A stretch of DNA of 61,813 nt, filler included, from Choristocarpus tenellus KU-1152 (GCA_964200185.2; 8 parts of 8 records of this genome joined end to end with filler, not necessarily neighbours in it), one strand, 5' to 3'. Shown: positions 1 through 15,100, counted from the first letter of the whole stretch. Notes: a model not told the origin generated them from the letters alone. Numbers and translations: made by a program.

Positions 1-235
1 TTTTTTTTGGCGAAAAAGGCCACCCGGGGTAACCCCCCCCCCCCCCCCCCCAGATACTTTGGGTCAGGGATAAGTTCTACTATTATGTATCAACCTCTTT
101 AAAGTTGTAGGGAACTAAAGGAAATGAGGGTAAGACATACAAGTAAGGGTTGAACATTGCAATAAGCGATTGTCAATGATTATGAAGCAGTCGATTTTCG
201 TGAAGGTGAGGGTATACCGGGCTTGCAAGTGACCG

Positions 236-980
236 TTACTGAAACCACAAATACTGGTTATGGGTGTTGTATGGGTGCGATCTGGTCATTGTACGGCCTG
301 GGATAGAAAGGTGGTGACAAACATGGAATCTCGTCTGGATTCCTGGGGCTGATGTCGACCCATCGTGTGATGGACAACAAGTGGAAGTGATGTAAGCTTT
401 GACTCTTGTCGAGAATGTGACAACCAAGCGACTTCCAGCTGACGACAAGGAGAGTCTGGGGCCGTTGTACCTCACCCCATCGCAACTTTCATCATGCCAC
501 GGAGTACATCATGTACCAATCATTTTTTGTGGTGGTGCTTCATCTGATCACAATGATTGGATGGCAGCATGGGGAACAAAGCATCTAATGCAAGGCAAGT
601 CTCCCCACGACTTGAGATACTCTCCTTGTGGCCCGTACCTTGTCTGCCATGATGCTCGTCCTCCAAAACACACAACCATGTGCAAACTGCACTAACCAAT
701 TCTATCTCATCTACTGGTAGGCCGGGGGTTTTGCCCGTCGTGCCCGTGACTCCAAGATCAACTGCGCTCCCATTTGGAGGCAGGCATCCACCCCGTGTGA
801 TCCCTAGCAAGAGGTACCTTGACCAAAGATATTGTGATGACCTAAAAGCTACCCATTTTCTCCACAGCCATGCAAGCCTTGATAAGGCTCACCTCCTATC
901 TCCTTGCGCTGAGGAAGACTCAAGACAGGCGATCGATCAGATTGGGAGGAGAGATTCTTCTTACTTGCGACAAACCTAGA
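236..980 (+). mobile_element. Decayed LTR-retrotransposon integrase-like relic
   Basis: SDHNDWMAAW...KSPHDLRYSP resembles the Gypsy integrase DWD..LP...N.S.H.STG.SP segment. It carries many stops and frameshifts. Confidence 0.3.
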
Positions 981-1429
981 TTTTGAACCTTTGCTGTTTA
1001 GGATTCTATTGTACAACAGCCTACTTGCAGTATTTGATGCGTTTATGTAGAGGGGGGGTGAAAACACATCGGTCACTCTGTTATTCAGATCCACTCCAAT
1101 GTGACTCTCAGAAAATATCCAGAAATGTATTTGTTGGTATTTTTATATTATATAATAATTCAAAGTACCATTATTATACAAATGTTCGTAGTGGATGGTA
1201 GGGTAATAGTTGATCTTCGTGCTCCTCCTTGAAAGAGGAACTACATAAGAGTAGTACTAACAAGAAACCAAACAAAACTACAGACCTGCCTGTCCTCCTG
1301 ACCCAGCACCTCCTATCACTCATTCCTCATTCCTCCTTGCCGTCTCAATCGAAGTATTTCGAAAGGTCGCATTGCACGCACATTTTGTGCGATGTCAAGG
1401 GCGAAGGGCATTGAAGATCCCACCACATG

Positions 1430-2160
1430 AACTGAGGGTTTCCAGCTGATAGTAGGACCTTCCTCCTTCTAACTGGGCGTCTGTAGAGTCACCTCACTAA
1501 GTGATTCCGATTGTCCGGTCGCTGTCCGTGGTTTTCGAACGGCATGTTTGTACCTGCGAGAGAAAGGGAGCGAATCACCGAGGTGGAGCTGAGGAAGGGA
1601 AATAATTTTCAAGGCAGGAATGAGAGGGGTTGTTGTCGCGCTGTCAGCGACCTACGATTAGTACCGAAATCGATGACAAAAGAGGATTCGAGAAAGATAA
1701 CACATGGGGTTGTAGTGGACCTCCTGTTTAGACGGGTAGATAGTGCACATGTATTGAATAGCGAGGCGAACCGGCTAAGCCTGAAGGGGGAAATGCTTTG
1801 GAAGACTGGAGGGCAATGCAAGGCGTGGATGTGCAGGTGGTTGGCTTAGCCTAACCTGTGTTGTCCAGGTGACACCATCACGCTCGCTGCATTGTGAGGC
1901 GGCGACCTCGGCGAACTCCAGAGGAGTAGTGGGTCCCATGTGGCGAGTTGGGTTGTCCTGAGCTCTCAACTGTGTTTTGGAAATCACCAGCAAGACACGT
2001 TCCATTAAGAGGGCATCCAATGCACACCGAGAGAGGGAGGGATCACCCTCCAAGGCGTGGTAGTGGTGTAGGATACTCAGAGAAGGAACCTGCGAGCCAC
2101 GAGGAGACCAGGAGGTATGGCGGAGGATTGTTTGAGGGCTCTTCGAAAGTATATCGTGAC
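1430..2160 (-). mobile_element. Gypsy/Ty3 pol relic (RT-RNase H junction)
   Basis: EFAEVAASQCSERDGVTWTT, PRLALPSSLPKHFPLQ and NPMCYLSRIL correspond to the Gypsy FA.IAAPL..L.K.V.W.W, PVLALPD..KPF.LQTDAS and HPIAY.SR.L motifs. Confidence 0.55.
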
Positions 2161-3189
2161 TGACCCTTGAAAACTAAACTTCATGGGCCTTTTCAGTAGA
2201 CTAATTAATAGTACATAGTATGCACTACTTGTGTAGTCAACTACAGCAAGTAGCAAGTAGGTTATAAGGGTCAGAGCCCTACGATTCGCGTTACGTAGAG
2301 GTGTACACAGATTTGACCTGTGGTCTTGTGGTCCCTTGATCCACTGACTACTGGTTAACCAATCAAAAGGTCTGATTTGATGGAGTCGAAGGTCAACTGC
2401 CAAGTGTATCGAATGTCAAACAAGTTTGGGGAGACCAATTTAAAAAACAAGTCCGAAAAAATTGAGTCAATAGCAAGGACAGAATAAGCGTTACATCCCA
2501 AAAATGATGTTCCTTACAACCGTGGCCCGCACTCGGAAGATTTCATTGTAAAATCAGGATCTGCCCCATCATGGACACTAAGGTCGCTCAGAGCTCCAGC
2601 AAACACCGCTTCAAGGGCACCAAGGTTCTTGTGCCAACGAAGGTGGGCGGGGAGAGGTGTAAGAAGCTCGAGGATGCCATCTCGGCAATCAAGATCCGCA
2701 TGCCTAGTCCAGAAGGACACACTATCTTGGTACAATAGGATGGGGCAAAGCCACACACCAAGGGGAGGATCAGGGGGCAATAAAGGAGGCGACCGAGAGG
2801 GAATCACCTCCATAGATATTTGTGAACCCCTTCCAACCCTCCTGCACCCATTACTCCTGATGCCTTTCTTGGAGAGCAAGGAGCAGACTAGCCGAAAGCT
2901 CGTCTCCAGGTTGATGATGAGGCTGAACATGGCCGACAATTCAACTGGGGTGGGCAGGAAGGCGGAGTGGCAGGTATGTCTTGCAATTTAGAATCCTTGG
3001 GCGAATATGGAGTACAAGATATTAGTAAATATCATTAGAGGCGAGCAGATGTGTATCCAAATTCTGGGAGTTGCCCCAATCGCGCACCGAGAGAGAGTGC
3101 ACAAAAAGTCCCCCACTTCATTTTGACTGGATTAGAAGCTCTGCTACGCTTTGCACCCATGACAATGGAAGGAGTATGCACTTCCCCTT

Positions 3190-3312
3190 CCTTGTTAAAG
3201 TATCTCCCAAATCACCAAAATGGATAAAGGTGATAAACCTAGCGAGATTGCTTGGTGTCTGTAGAGCGATTGATTGAAGTTAAGTGGGGCATGCAGCATC
3301 CCATAAAATCAG
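3190..3312 (+). repeat. Dispersed repeat, second copy inverted at about 40200-40322
   Basis: gttaaagtat...aaaggtgataaacc...gagattgcttg...aagtggggcat...cataaaatca aligns by eye to the reverse complement of 40200-40322. Confidence 0.65.
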
Positions 3313-6300
3313 AAATATTTCCTTTTATATGAGAATTTTTCTCATACAACTAATCACTAGTAAAATGTTCTGATAACTCAACCACTAATTGATTGTTCCT
3401 TTACTCCATACATATTTTACTGTAACTGTCCGATAGAGTTGGAAGAGTCTAATCGAACACCACTAACACAGGTTTGGAACTGAACCAGACACAATCGAAA
3501 CACTAATCTGACCTCAAACCAAGCACGTAAGCTCTAGGTAGAATCGAAAACCAAACTCCTAAACTTCAGTCATTAATATTCAAAGGTTGCAAAATCTATT
3601 TCATTGCAACATATGTTTCATTGCTGCTTGTGTGATAGTCCGACCAGCGCCCTACCACTAACAGACTTGAAGGTTGGTCCTAACTATAATATCCGCCCTA
3701 ACCTTACACCATCACCTAGACCGAAGCCCAAGTCCTACAGTGATTGAGTAGGGATTGCTGAGATGCCCCCAAATGCTTTCCTCTACTTTTGCCCAGCCCA
3801 AACCTCAAAGCTATCGATGAGCAAGTAATGAGTACCAACTCCCTGTCATTGCATCTCTCTCTCTAGGCATCACCCGCAAACCCTGTATTCCTAACCCTAT
3901 TTAGCTACAAACCTGATTGCCAGCCTTGAAACAATATTTTCCATGGGCACCTACTACTCAAATATATGACATGACAAACGAATCTTCCTTTTTTCTTCTC
4001 ATTAACTTCCTTCTGACACCGCCCAATGTCCCTTCATTGTATTGATCCTTACCTCTCACATCTATATCCCACCCTTACGGTGATACACATACAAAATAGC
4101 TCCAGAGTATGGAACAAAGGCTTCAGAAACGGATGGAGTTTGACAGGAGCCCGCTGGGGATGTTGGGCTGTGAGGTACGGAGTAACACCTACAATGTTCC
4201 CTGATTATGCATGCTCCTTCTTGCGATCCCTTTCACTGTCTAAGCATCCAGCGCTCCACAAGCCGTAAACAAACTCCTGTTATAGATACGCCCTTGTATT
4301 CTGACAAGGTGTTGCTCGTGGGACAATAACAGACAGTAATTCAGGATTTTGATATTCATTAATAGCACAGTATTATCCGATGGAATTAAGCCGAGGTGAA
4401 GCGACCCATCCATTCTCTCTCGGTCAAGGGTGTGCTACCTACTTCCTAGAGCAATGTGTAGTGTCAAAATATTTTTGATGTATCATATCGAAAGTATGGT
4501 TGGCTAGAAATGCTTTGCTTTGCTCCTGTCTAATTGATATTTGAATTGCACACCCATCACTAACTAATACTCCACTATCATAGTATGATAGTACTACGAA
4601 AGAATTATAGGGGAGGTCATGTTCAAGTCCTCTGATATGCCTAAATTTCAATTGAGTTGATCCAAATATTTCTACCCGACTCAGTTTGAATCGAAAATTC
4701 TGAGTAACCCTCCTAGGCACCCAGGGAGCCCCCTCTCATTATATGCTTGTGGACTGTCCCCAGTTGATGCCAAACACACCACGAGATTAAGTCTCGATAT
4801 TCTGAAATCTTCTGGTGTTCGTTTGTGAAAGAATGAAAATAGATATACCCTATTATAGAGAGGCAGTGTGAGTGTGAGTGTGTGTGTAGTAGCATGGGAG
4901 GTGCTATCGAAACCCTTTGTTGTTTTTGAAGGTGAAACAGAAGGTAGAGATCAATGGTGAAATTGAGTTCTTCGATGACACCTATCCCAGGATAACTGAA
5001 CATCTATCCTAGGATAACTGAACACCACTTGACGAACAGACTGTACTACTGTATCATCTCTGTCGTTGTCCAGTTGCCACTTGCTCCTCCAGGAAACGTG
5101 TGAGTATCGACATCCCCATACTCCCTGCTGTTGAGTGGGTTGGCACTGAGACGGTCAATTGTGTCATTTGTTGGCTGGGACAAGCCTCGGACTGTGGACA
5201 CAACATCTATCCAGTCAAAGCGACTTGTCACACAAAGGGGTATGGTCTATTCGAAATAGATCGTGACCACTCTCACCACCCCGCACCTCTCACTGATTTA
5301 ATGATGCCCTGGTTGTCTTGGACCTTTGTCGACATACATATGTAAGGTAACCTCAATCAACTTATATTCCTACTGGTCGTGTAACTGGCTCAGGAGAGTG
5401 ATGAGCCCGGATGTGTCATCGTTGTAGATCTGAATGAAGGAATGCCCCCAATTCACTCCATTCACCCACCATTCTTGACGACCAACACAGCACACGTCAT
5501 GTTCTCTGTGCATCCTTTGGGGGGAATGACCTCGGGAAAGAGCTACCACGCCACTGATGATCTCGTGGCCAACTTCCCCAGGTGGTGGTATCAGTAGCAG
5601 TTGACATTGCTGTGCTGCCCCTCGAACCAACTTGAGGAGAATCAAAGCGTGTAGGACTCTCTAACCCTGCTGCTGTGCTGCAGATTTGTACAAGACTCTA
5701 GCTCCTCCAAATGTCCACTCGAGCATCCACAGCTGCTGGGTATCATCCTCAGACAAAGAGTCAACCTCTACCTCTTCATCCTTGGTCCCCCTTTGCACAA
5801 GACCTGACACATCTCTTTCCATCTCATTTGATCAGCCCCCAAGAGGAAATGAGCATCACCTATCTATGATATGCTGCCTTTGTGGCAATGTGTTGAATAG
5901 GAGCATAGCCCAGCAGGCTGCAACTAATCTGGAAATTTCTCATTCACCACCAACTTGGAAATCAGGGCGGTATGATGATGCAATGTATTTAACCCAAACC
6001 AAACGAGAGATCCAAGGTTTGGGCCGTTTGGCATTTAAAGTATATATTTTTTATCTTTTGCAATTCGTCCATTTTTCTAAGGATCAAGTTCTAAGTTTGA
6101 CTTGAGAGTGTTTTATTTCTGTGTTGTAAAAAACGTTTCCGACACAATCACAAAATATGATATTATTCTGACATTTTCCAGACATGTCCTGGAAAAAGCT
6201 TATTCAATACCAGAAGGACGATTGTAAAAGAAATAGTCGTCGTAAATGTGAAAGATACCTCTCCAAAATCTGTTCACCATTTGAGTACCAGCTATACTAT

Positions 6301-6339
6301 ACCTTAAAAGCTCGTAACTACATAGGCATGGAGGGGTCT

Positions 6340-8030
6340 GTTGGATTCTTAGGATGCCTCCCTAGCTCCCTCCCCCGGGGCACAGGAGTAGGTAGATGGG
6401 AAGCACAGGAAGACAATAGTACAATATTTTATAGTGGTGAAGTAACTAATAGATTCGTGGTTTCCACACAATGTTTTATAGTGTTCTTACATCTAGGATG
6501 TGTTTTTTTTGGGGCTAATAACGACATATGTATAGGTTTCATTGGTTTCCCCCCTGACACACCTGCAAAATGTCAGAGGGCATAATAATAATAAACACAT
6601 TAGTAAAAAAACATTGAATTTCTCACATATTTTTCAGCATCCATAAAATGCAACTCTAGGTACCTCTCGTTTACTTTGACTCTTTACTCCCAAAAGGTAC
6701 TTGTAAGTGAAATGCAAAAGCGCACCCACTACAAGGGCTCTTTTGATCCTCGTAGTTATAACTGCAACAACTTCGCGGTAGAAGGTTTTGGGTGCCTCAG
6801 GAAGCAACCAGAAAGTTTTCTCGATGAGCTAGCTACGATAGGGGGGAGAGGAACTGGAAGCTAAAGCAGGAAAGGGGCTGTCAAAACCCCTCTTCGACAG
6901 ATAGAGTCTGTCACAACACAAGTAGCTCTAACTTGACGTGTCATGTGTTTTAAGCTGGAGACACAGGGAGGTGGGCAAGGTGGGGCTTGTTAGATTCTTG
7001 GGATGTTTCCCTAGCTCCTCACTCTGGGGTTTAGGACTAAGGTGGGTTGAAGGCACAGGAGGGCAGGGGTGTAGCACAAGTGGCAGTAATATACTCCAAA
7101 TAGAACATTGTCTTCTTTCACAACTGTTACTTTTTCAGGGATTGTCCTGACGTTTGAATGGGTTTTCATTTGTTTTTCCCTGACATATGCAAAATGTCAG
7201 AGGGCTAAAAAAAAAAAAGCTCCTGTAATTCGATACATACAATCATCAACGGTTTTCTCTTTGTCATGCTGTACCACTAACCAACAAAAGGCCCTGCCAA
7301 AAAGATCTTATGTGGTCACGTTGGATACAAATTCTGTATCATTGGTCAGGGATATTGAACCTCTCAGACTAAGCGAAGAAAGATATTGATTTTGATGGGG
7401 TATGTATACCTGTATACCTCTGTGTGAATACACACTTGCGTACAAAGAATAAAAAACACCATGCATCAGGTTTTATCAATGCAGTACAGCATTCTACAGT
7501 AACTCCAATTTTGGGACGATGTGGTACGGTTTCTCATAGGTACCATACTCATTACCTCTGTAATCATTACCTTGACCAAGTTTTGGTATGTAGTACTGTT
7601 GGTGTGGCATGGTAGAGTTCTATAGTTTTGAGATTTATGCAGGTGTTTTGTAGAGTGTAAAAAAAAATCATAATTATTGGAAAAAAATAATAGTGCAAAA
7701 TGGAAACCAACAATTTTGGTCGTAATAGTTTGTTTGTTCTTCATGTATCTTTCTGAAGTCTAGTTCTTTCAAACATATCTGATTGATTAAGATTCACAGA
7801 CAAGACCACTGATTGGAACAGCAGGGTTTCCAGTTTTCTTGGCGGCACGGTATGACTTAACAAAAATATACTGACGAGATGTATGGAATTACTTGCATAC
7901 AGCAAATAGATTAATGTTTTTCAAATTTATGAGAACTGTATATTTTTTGAGGGATTTTTCTAACATGTGAATAGTTTTCATTGGTTTTCCCCCTGGTACA
8001 TCTGCAAAATGTCAGAGGGCATAATAATAT
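6340..8030 (+). repeat. Three local copies of a repeat ending in a ccctgaca...tgtcagaggg hairpin
   Basis: A shared ttcatt(g/t)gttt...ccct...tgcaaaatgtcagagggc segment lies at about 6535-6592, 7161-7207 and 7974-8030. The first two copies also share gattctt.ggatg...ccctagctcc upstream. Confidence 0.6.
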
Positions 8031-11000
8031 ATATGGGGGAAATCGACAGATTTCAGGATTAGGCGGCAGCCCCCCCATGAACGTTTCTGTATATGTAACA
8101 CTTCAGAAGAGCAGTTTTCAGTTCTCAGTCAGACGACATATTGTGCTGTATCTCCACACTACACTTATATTACGAGTTGGATACAGACAAAGTATAATAG
8201 AAAATAAAATTGTATAAAGCATGTAGTAGTAGTAGCAGTACTACTACCACATACTATTATAATACTACTACTGAGTAAAAGTAAGCGAGAGTTACCCAGA
8301 GTTGCAATTTAATGATTGACAAGTATGTCCAAAATTTGGCCTTTTTTCAAAATGCATGTAGGATCTTTTCTGAATTCTGTCGAAAAGTCTCAAAATGGGG
8401 TAATCAATGCTGTCAAATCAAACTTACGACTACATAGAAGCAGGCGTCGTCTGTCCATCCACCCACTCATCCATCCTTCCATCAATGAATCAATCTCACT
8501 CTATATATGTAATATACAGCATCTATATAGTAGTAGAAGTGGCAATGTTTGAGGACACCAAAACACAACAGCATTGATGGATGAAATTTTGAGCACTAAA
8601 TGTACACTCCAGAGCGCTTAAGTGTCAAAAGATAAGACATTCTTCCAGTGTTCTGACCAAATATATACTGAATAGTCTTCGGCTGGCACAAACACCATAA
8701 ACCTTCTTGTATGATCCGAAGAACACTCCCTGATAGTAGTGAGATGGTAAAAGAAAGTCAGTACTTGGAATCTATCAAGTGCAACGAGAAAAGAGTGATA
8801 TGTGAGGACAACAGCTTCCACAACATACAACCTTCATACATGGCTTACATACCGTATCACCTTGCAAGCCACCCATCCCACCCAGAACATCCCATCCCAC
8901 CCAGAACATCCCCTTCCTATTAGCCAATGCTCCAACTCCTTGTGGTGACCACACAGAGCTACTGATAAAAAGATTCCTGCGGAGTATTTCGGATTATAGC
9001 ACTGTACTGTTCCTGACAATACTCTCAATAGATTCATTATTTATGATTCTTTCTCTCCTTTTCAGTAATAAAAAACAGGCACATCCTCACTGCAGCAATT
9101 GGTTTATCAAAAATACAAAGATAAAAAAGTGCTCAAACTTTGATGTAAAGACACGCCGGAGCGCTGGTGCAGTTTGCCCAATCATGAAAAAAGTCTTGAG
9201 ATTGGAGATATCAATAATGTGGAGAAGTATCCTCCACTCCGCGTTTCACTGCTTACGTTTTTCATGTACACAAATATACGCACTGCTGCTGCTTTGCACT
9301 CACCTGTCTACCCACACATGACAACTTCGTACAGCGGTCTAATGCTTATACAGATACTAATCGAAGCAGATAATAATGCCCACAGAGGAAGCGCTACATT
9401 CACTAATCTGCAGAATGTAGACCACGTAGTTGCGGCAATAGAACCAGCTGTATCTATAATCAATGGCCAAGTATTTGATTGGTTGAGGTACAGGTAGGGA
9501 TTGTTTTGATGATGATCAAATCACTGTCTATAATAATCTCCACAGTTGCCTGATGTGTCCCAGAGCGAGGTTTGTAAGCTACACCTTGATACTCCCTCCT
9601 GCTGCACAACAGGAAGAGATGTGACAATCAATAGGACGACTACATTTCGTTATTTGTGGTAGTTTCTGTAATGAGAAAAGATTGGTGGATTGTGAGGATA
9701 ACGGATTCCACAACATGCAGTCGTCACACATGACGAACATACCATATCACCCTGGAAGGAACCCACTCACCCCACTCTGAACATCTCCTTCCCAATAGAC
9801 ATGATGCCTAACTCCTTGCGAACACATGGAGCCACTGGCAAGAATTTATTTCGCAGTGCATCATTGTACATTTCCCCGCAATGTTCTCAGTAGATGCTTA
9901 ATTTGGTGCACATTTCGAATGATGTGAAGCCCTGAGGCTGAGTCCAGGGTAGCATGCACCATTTATTAGGAACCTTTCTTTGAATCTTTCTTTTCAGTCA
10001 CCAAAAGTAGACATTCAAAATAGTAGAATAGTATCAATATGTGCCCTATATGATACGTGGCATCCTCTATAAATAGTTCATCAGTGACATCGTGTCATCA
10101 AGATTTTGAGGAACAGAGGCTGCACTTGCAGAATCGATAACAAACATTACAACCCACCACACGATTCAAACATAATTTCAGCTCACTCAATCGAACATTC
10201 CACAACTTTCAACAGTTTCATTAAATACACAAATCCAACACGGAGATGTGTTTCAACGACTCGGCATTCACACCTAGTTGATGTGTCTATATCATTACCA
10301 ATCACAGAATTATATCCTACCTCTCCCCCCCACTCCATACGCACGTTGCTTCCATGATAACGGAGGGCCACCCCACCTATTTGTTATAATCTGACTCTGG
10401 CATACTACCAGAGGATTGAAACAGAGAAAAACTGAATTGAATTATCGCTTTTGTTTTATCCTACCTACTAGAAAAAATGCGGTAACTCGAATTAATTTGT
10501 GAGCTGCACGTTTCTAGTCTTACTGTTCAAGCTCCACTATAAGAACGTTCTTTTTTTTAATCTTAACATCAAAAAGCAAATCAAAATACTTGAGATTGAA
10601 AGATAGAAACAACGCTCATATTTGGAAGAAAATAGAATGGTGTAACAATTTCCCAATTGAGAGAAAGTCCTGGATTGGATTAGACCTAAATATTGTTGGG
10701 TAGTAAAACTTGCACAGTCGAGAGATATGGTAGCAATGAAAAAAAATGCCCCACCTCCTCACTTCACCCAACTTCGTCCATTCAAGTACACTTACACATA
10801 CACAGTTACTTTGCACCTATTATGCGTACCCCCATACGTGACAACGTCGTAAGGTAGCCCCTTCGTTACACAGTTAAAAACGGCTATAGAGGAAACTTTA
10901 CAGGCAACATTCTATAGAATGTAAAGGAAGTAGGTACAGTAATAACAGAGCCAGTAACTGACTGCAACTAACTTTTGATCAATATATACGCAGGTATGTA

Positions 11001-11079
11001 GCCCGTAATCTGGATATCTAATCACTACATTTTCTTGTGTCTCTATGGGTGACTCTGTACGTACTTTTTCGTACTGTAT

Positions 11080-11290
11080 TACATGCTTTGAAAAGGTGAA
11101 ACGTCATGAGACAGAAGAATAAATCCGTAGTAGATTAATTTTGCGTAGAACCATAATAGAAACCTTCACTTTCCACAACACTCTGCAGTTATAAGATTTG
11201 GATATGGATCGGATATCAATCATCTGGCTGTGAATAATTCGTGCACACACTTTCTACTCTTTTCTTGGGTCGGACTGATGAGTCCTCTCA
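11080..11290 (+). mobile_element. Possible Penelope-like element 3' relic (GIY-YIG tail plus partial hammerhead core)
   Basis: FEKVKRHETEE*...RRTIIETFTFHNT resembles the PLE endonuclease tail. It is followed by tcttgggtcggaCTGATGAgtcc. Confidence 0.35.
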
Positions 11291-12117
11291 TCCAACAATA
11301 ATGGATCACATGTACTGGTTCATCGTATCTTGGAGGGAGATGCAATTGAATATTATTTGGAGTCCTTGTCACTGACTTTCTCGTGTGTGCTTCTAGCACC
11401 CTGTAAGGCGTTTTTCCTTACGTGGACGAAGATTCGTCTTCTCTTCAGCAGCCACAACCTTGTAAGAGTTAGCACATGAGAATGTGGTGTCTGGCAAGAA
11501 GTTAGAAAATTCTCTACATGGTCAACATAGATCCATACCCCTCTAAGATAAAGGATGGCTCCCGGTACAGCGAGTGGAAAATGTTTATTCTTGCCTTGAC
11601 TTGTGCAGTTTTGTAACATTTTGCATAAAATATCAATTGTCATTTTTCTTAGTAATTAACCAATGCGTCATCATTGGCACCAGATAAATTTGGGTAGTAT
11701 GAAACTCAATCTACACAAAACATTGATATTTTTTTGCTTGTGTGGATGGCACTCGAAAACTTGATGGCACTCAATACAGAGGCAAGCACAGACATGGCTG
11801 CATAGCTAGTGCAACAATAATATGGATCCCCACCAAGCAAAAGGGGTGTAAGGTTTACTTTGGGAAAAAGCGGCAGACAAACATGTTGACTGTCGACTGC
11901 AGCCCACAAAGCAAGAGCAACCTGCTCCTTCACCATACAATATTGAGGAACTCCAAGCAAACCATAAGCTTAGAACTACTCTCACATACAGTGTAATATG
12001 TAACAGCAACAGTAATTCCAAGCGTTGCGTATATAGATATTTGTCATGGCAATGTGATACCTACCAGTACCCCTTCTGCCTCTCCACACAATGTCTCCAC
12101 ACTTCTCCTCTGGGTGA

Positions 12118-15100
12118 CTACCTCCAAATCTTTACAACCCCATCCCTGCTTCCTGACAGCACCATCTTGATAGGCAACTCGGTGATCTTGACATCCAAGA
12201 CAGCATCGTCATGACCAGATCGAGGTGGCACAAGTCCTTTCTCCTTTGAGGCGATAATAGGGAAGGCCGGTTAGGGACTGGGTTAGAGTGACCACAACTG
12301 GCTGCAGGGTTACATCAATGCATGCAATCGCCGAACAGACGTCAAACTATTGGATGTGTACAGAGTACACAGTACTATTGAGACTACTATTGCTATACTT
12401 GCCAAGAGCCTCTGTTACATGCAATATATGCTTCCAAGGACCATTATACATACCATCAAAACTGGCACAAACGATCACCACAACTTTTACGAAATGTTGA
12501 ATAGCAATGGCTCATTAGCTACTATGGGGAGATGCTGACCCTCAATGAAGAAAAATAATGGTTCTTCAAAGGACACAATGTACACAGACAAAAGATTTCT
12601 TAACATTCATTCACTCAAGAACCCATGCAATGACTGCCAAAGACCTGCACCTGGGCAAGGGGCAAGTCTTGCGCCTTTGTAGTTGCCGATGATGCATCCA
12701 TATCATGTTCGTGAAACAATACAACTCGCGATGATGACCTCCCTGGGGTTAGACTTGGCACCATCAGGAGTTGTGCTGTTGACCTCGTTGGTGCAGAGGT
12801 ATGACCAGAAACCTGGTGATACAGGAGGGGGTGGGGGAATAGTAGGTATTCTGATAACCTTGCTCTCTGTACAGCACACATAAAAACAGAGCAATGAGCT
12901 GAACACATAAAGCAACAGGTCTTGACAGACCCACCTCCCATTCTTCAGCGATTTTGTTCAAATAATCAAGGAAGGACCAAAAGACGTTACAGAGGACAAG
13001 AGCCGGTTGACCTAAATATCAAAGATGCCATAGTGACTGGTGGTACATGACTCAAGGAAGAAAACTGACCAATTCAACAACAGGACTAGTGGTGAAGTTG
13101 GGCTTCGGTTACCAACACACTCTGCAGTTCCTCCCTTGTCCTCCTGTCCAAAACATTTCAAAAATGTCTTCTATTCTCATACCGTGTAGCACCGTGAGGC
13201 TGCTTGGAAGTCCCAGTATCGGATGCACCTATCTTCTCCTCCGGTGATGAGGTAGGAGTCCCGGTCTGATCGTGAGACCCTAGGTGTGGGCAGACGGGCA
13301 TCTAAGATTCAACAGGCAAGACTATCATATTGTGACGTTGTGTGTTATCGTATCATACATACAATACACGTTATCTTGTTCACATTAATTACGCATCCCT
13401 AACCCTAACCTCACTATTGACACCAACTACCTTGTGTCCAAGATACCTAGTGATTAAAGAGTCATTTTGAACTAATATTTCTTCTAGTCCACCTTCTACA
13501 AATTGGTTCACAAGTCTCGGAGTGATTTTCTGATCTGCCTCTAGTATTTTTTCTCCACTTTGTGCATTTAGTAAATCAGAAACTACCCTATGAATTACCT
13601 ACCACATTTTCACAATTAAAATATGTTACCCAAGATTTTTCTGAAATTTGATTATTGAATTCTGAGTTGATACTTGCTGTATAGGTGACAGGATGGTTGA
13701 TGGGGTAGCAGTTGTAGTACAAGGGAGTAGTGAGGAAAATGGTACAAGGGAACGAAGTAGGGACTTCCACATGCGCAAGCTTTGCAAATCACTTCCTAGT
13801 GAATGCTGGATGAGTGACACAACAAAAGTCACAAATGGGTACAACCATGCCCAGACTGACAGTGGCAGTATGAGAAGATGTTCATTGTGACACTTCCAAG
13901 TACTTTATGAACAAAACTATTTAATAATAGTAATGCACAACAAACTCAAGTATTTCCTGCCAATACCCCTGTCTTCCTTCTCCATGCTTGCATCACCCCT
14001 TTGTCATCATCGATTGATTAAACCTCAAACCTCAGAACTCTCACCTCTAAACCCCCTAATCCCCCCCACCCCCCCCCAAAAAGAAGCAGGCTTCAACCGA
14101 TCAAGTGTTTCTCCAGTACATTCTTTTCAGTTCAAACATGCTTAAAACCAGGTGATCAAATCGAGTCCATCCTAGGATATAATCTAAACATCACCAAACC
14201 TAACCAGCTAGGACTGCAATCACTGTGATCAAAACGAAAGCCAACACAAATCCCTCCCTATCATATGAGAAGGCATACCTGCCAACAAGTGCTCGTATTG
14301 CCGGTTGACTGCTGGCTTCTGACACGCCTCCTGCAAACTCAAATACTGCTGCAAGCTGCCCTCCAGGAGAAAGTGCTGGAGCATTTGGATGGAGAGGCAA
14401 AGGTATCTGCAGGAGAGTAGCACAGGGTTAGGGGGGAACAGTACCAGTTGGAGGCAAAATCGAGGAAATGTGCACATGAGGGAGGGGAGGTTGTCACCAT
14501 CACTGCAATCTTGACAATCCACTAACAATAGCATAAGCGCCCCATAATAAGAGATGAATAAGCTAGATGGCACACTCTGATAAAAATACAGCAGCGCCTA
14601 CTTGGAGCAAAACTTAAGACAATTCCAGAAATAATACCACATTACTAGCCCTAACCCTAAGCCATTGATCACCTAATACAACTAAAGATGGGAAAAACCC
14701 TAAAGAGAGTGAAACACATTTAAGGTGTAACACCATCGTACTAACAAGAGCAGCCACCGCATATGGCTCAGTAAAGTACTACCTCTAACCTCTCATTGCA
14801 TCGAGGCTGCTTGACTTAGTCCACTCAGTTAACAATTGCCAAGTCACAGTGGCTAGTCCAAAGGCAATTGATTCCCTACCACAGTCATCTGGAACAACAT
14901 CAACACTGAACACAGAAAAAGTATATATATATATTGACACCCGAGTTTTACCAAACGGCCAAGAACAAAGATAACCGCAATACACTAGTAGTGACTACTC
15001 TCCTTGCGTGAAAATTAGAGAGTACTGCAAATTACTCCCACAAGGACTTCACGTTCCCAATTACAGCTACAGATGTTAAGTCTTGCAGACATCTAATTTT

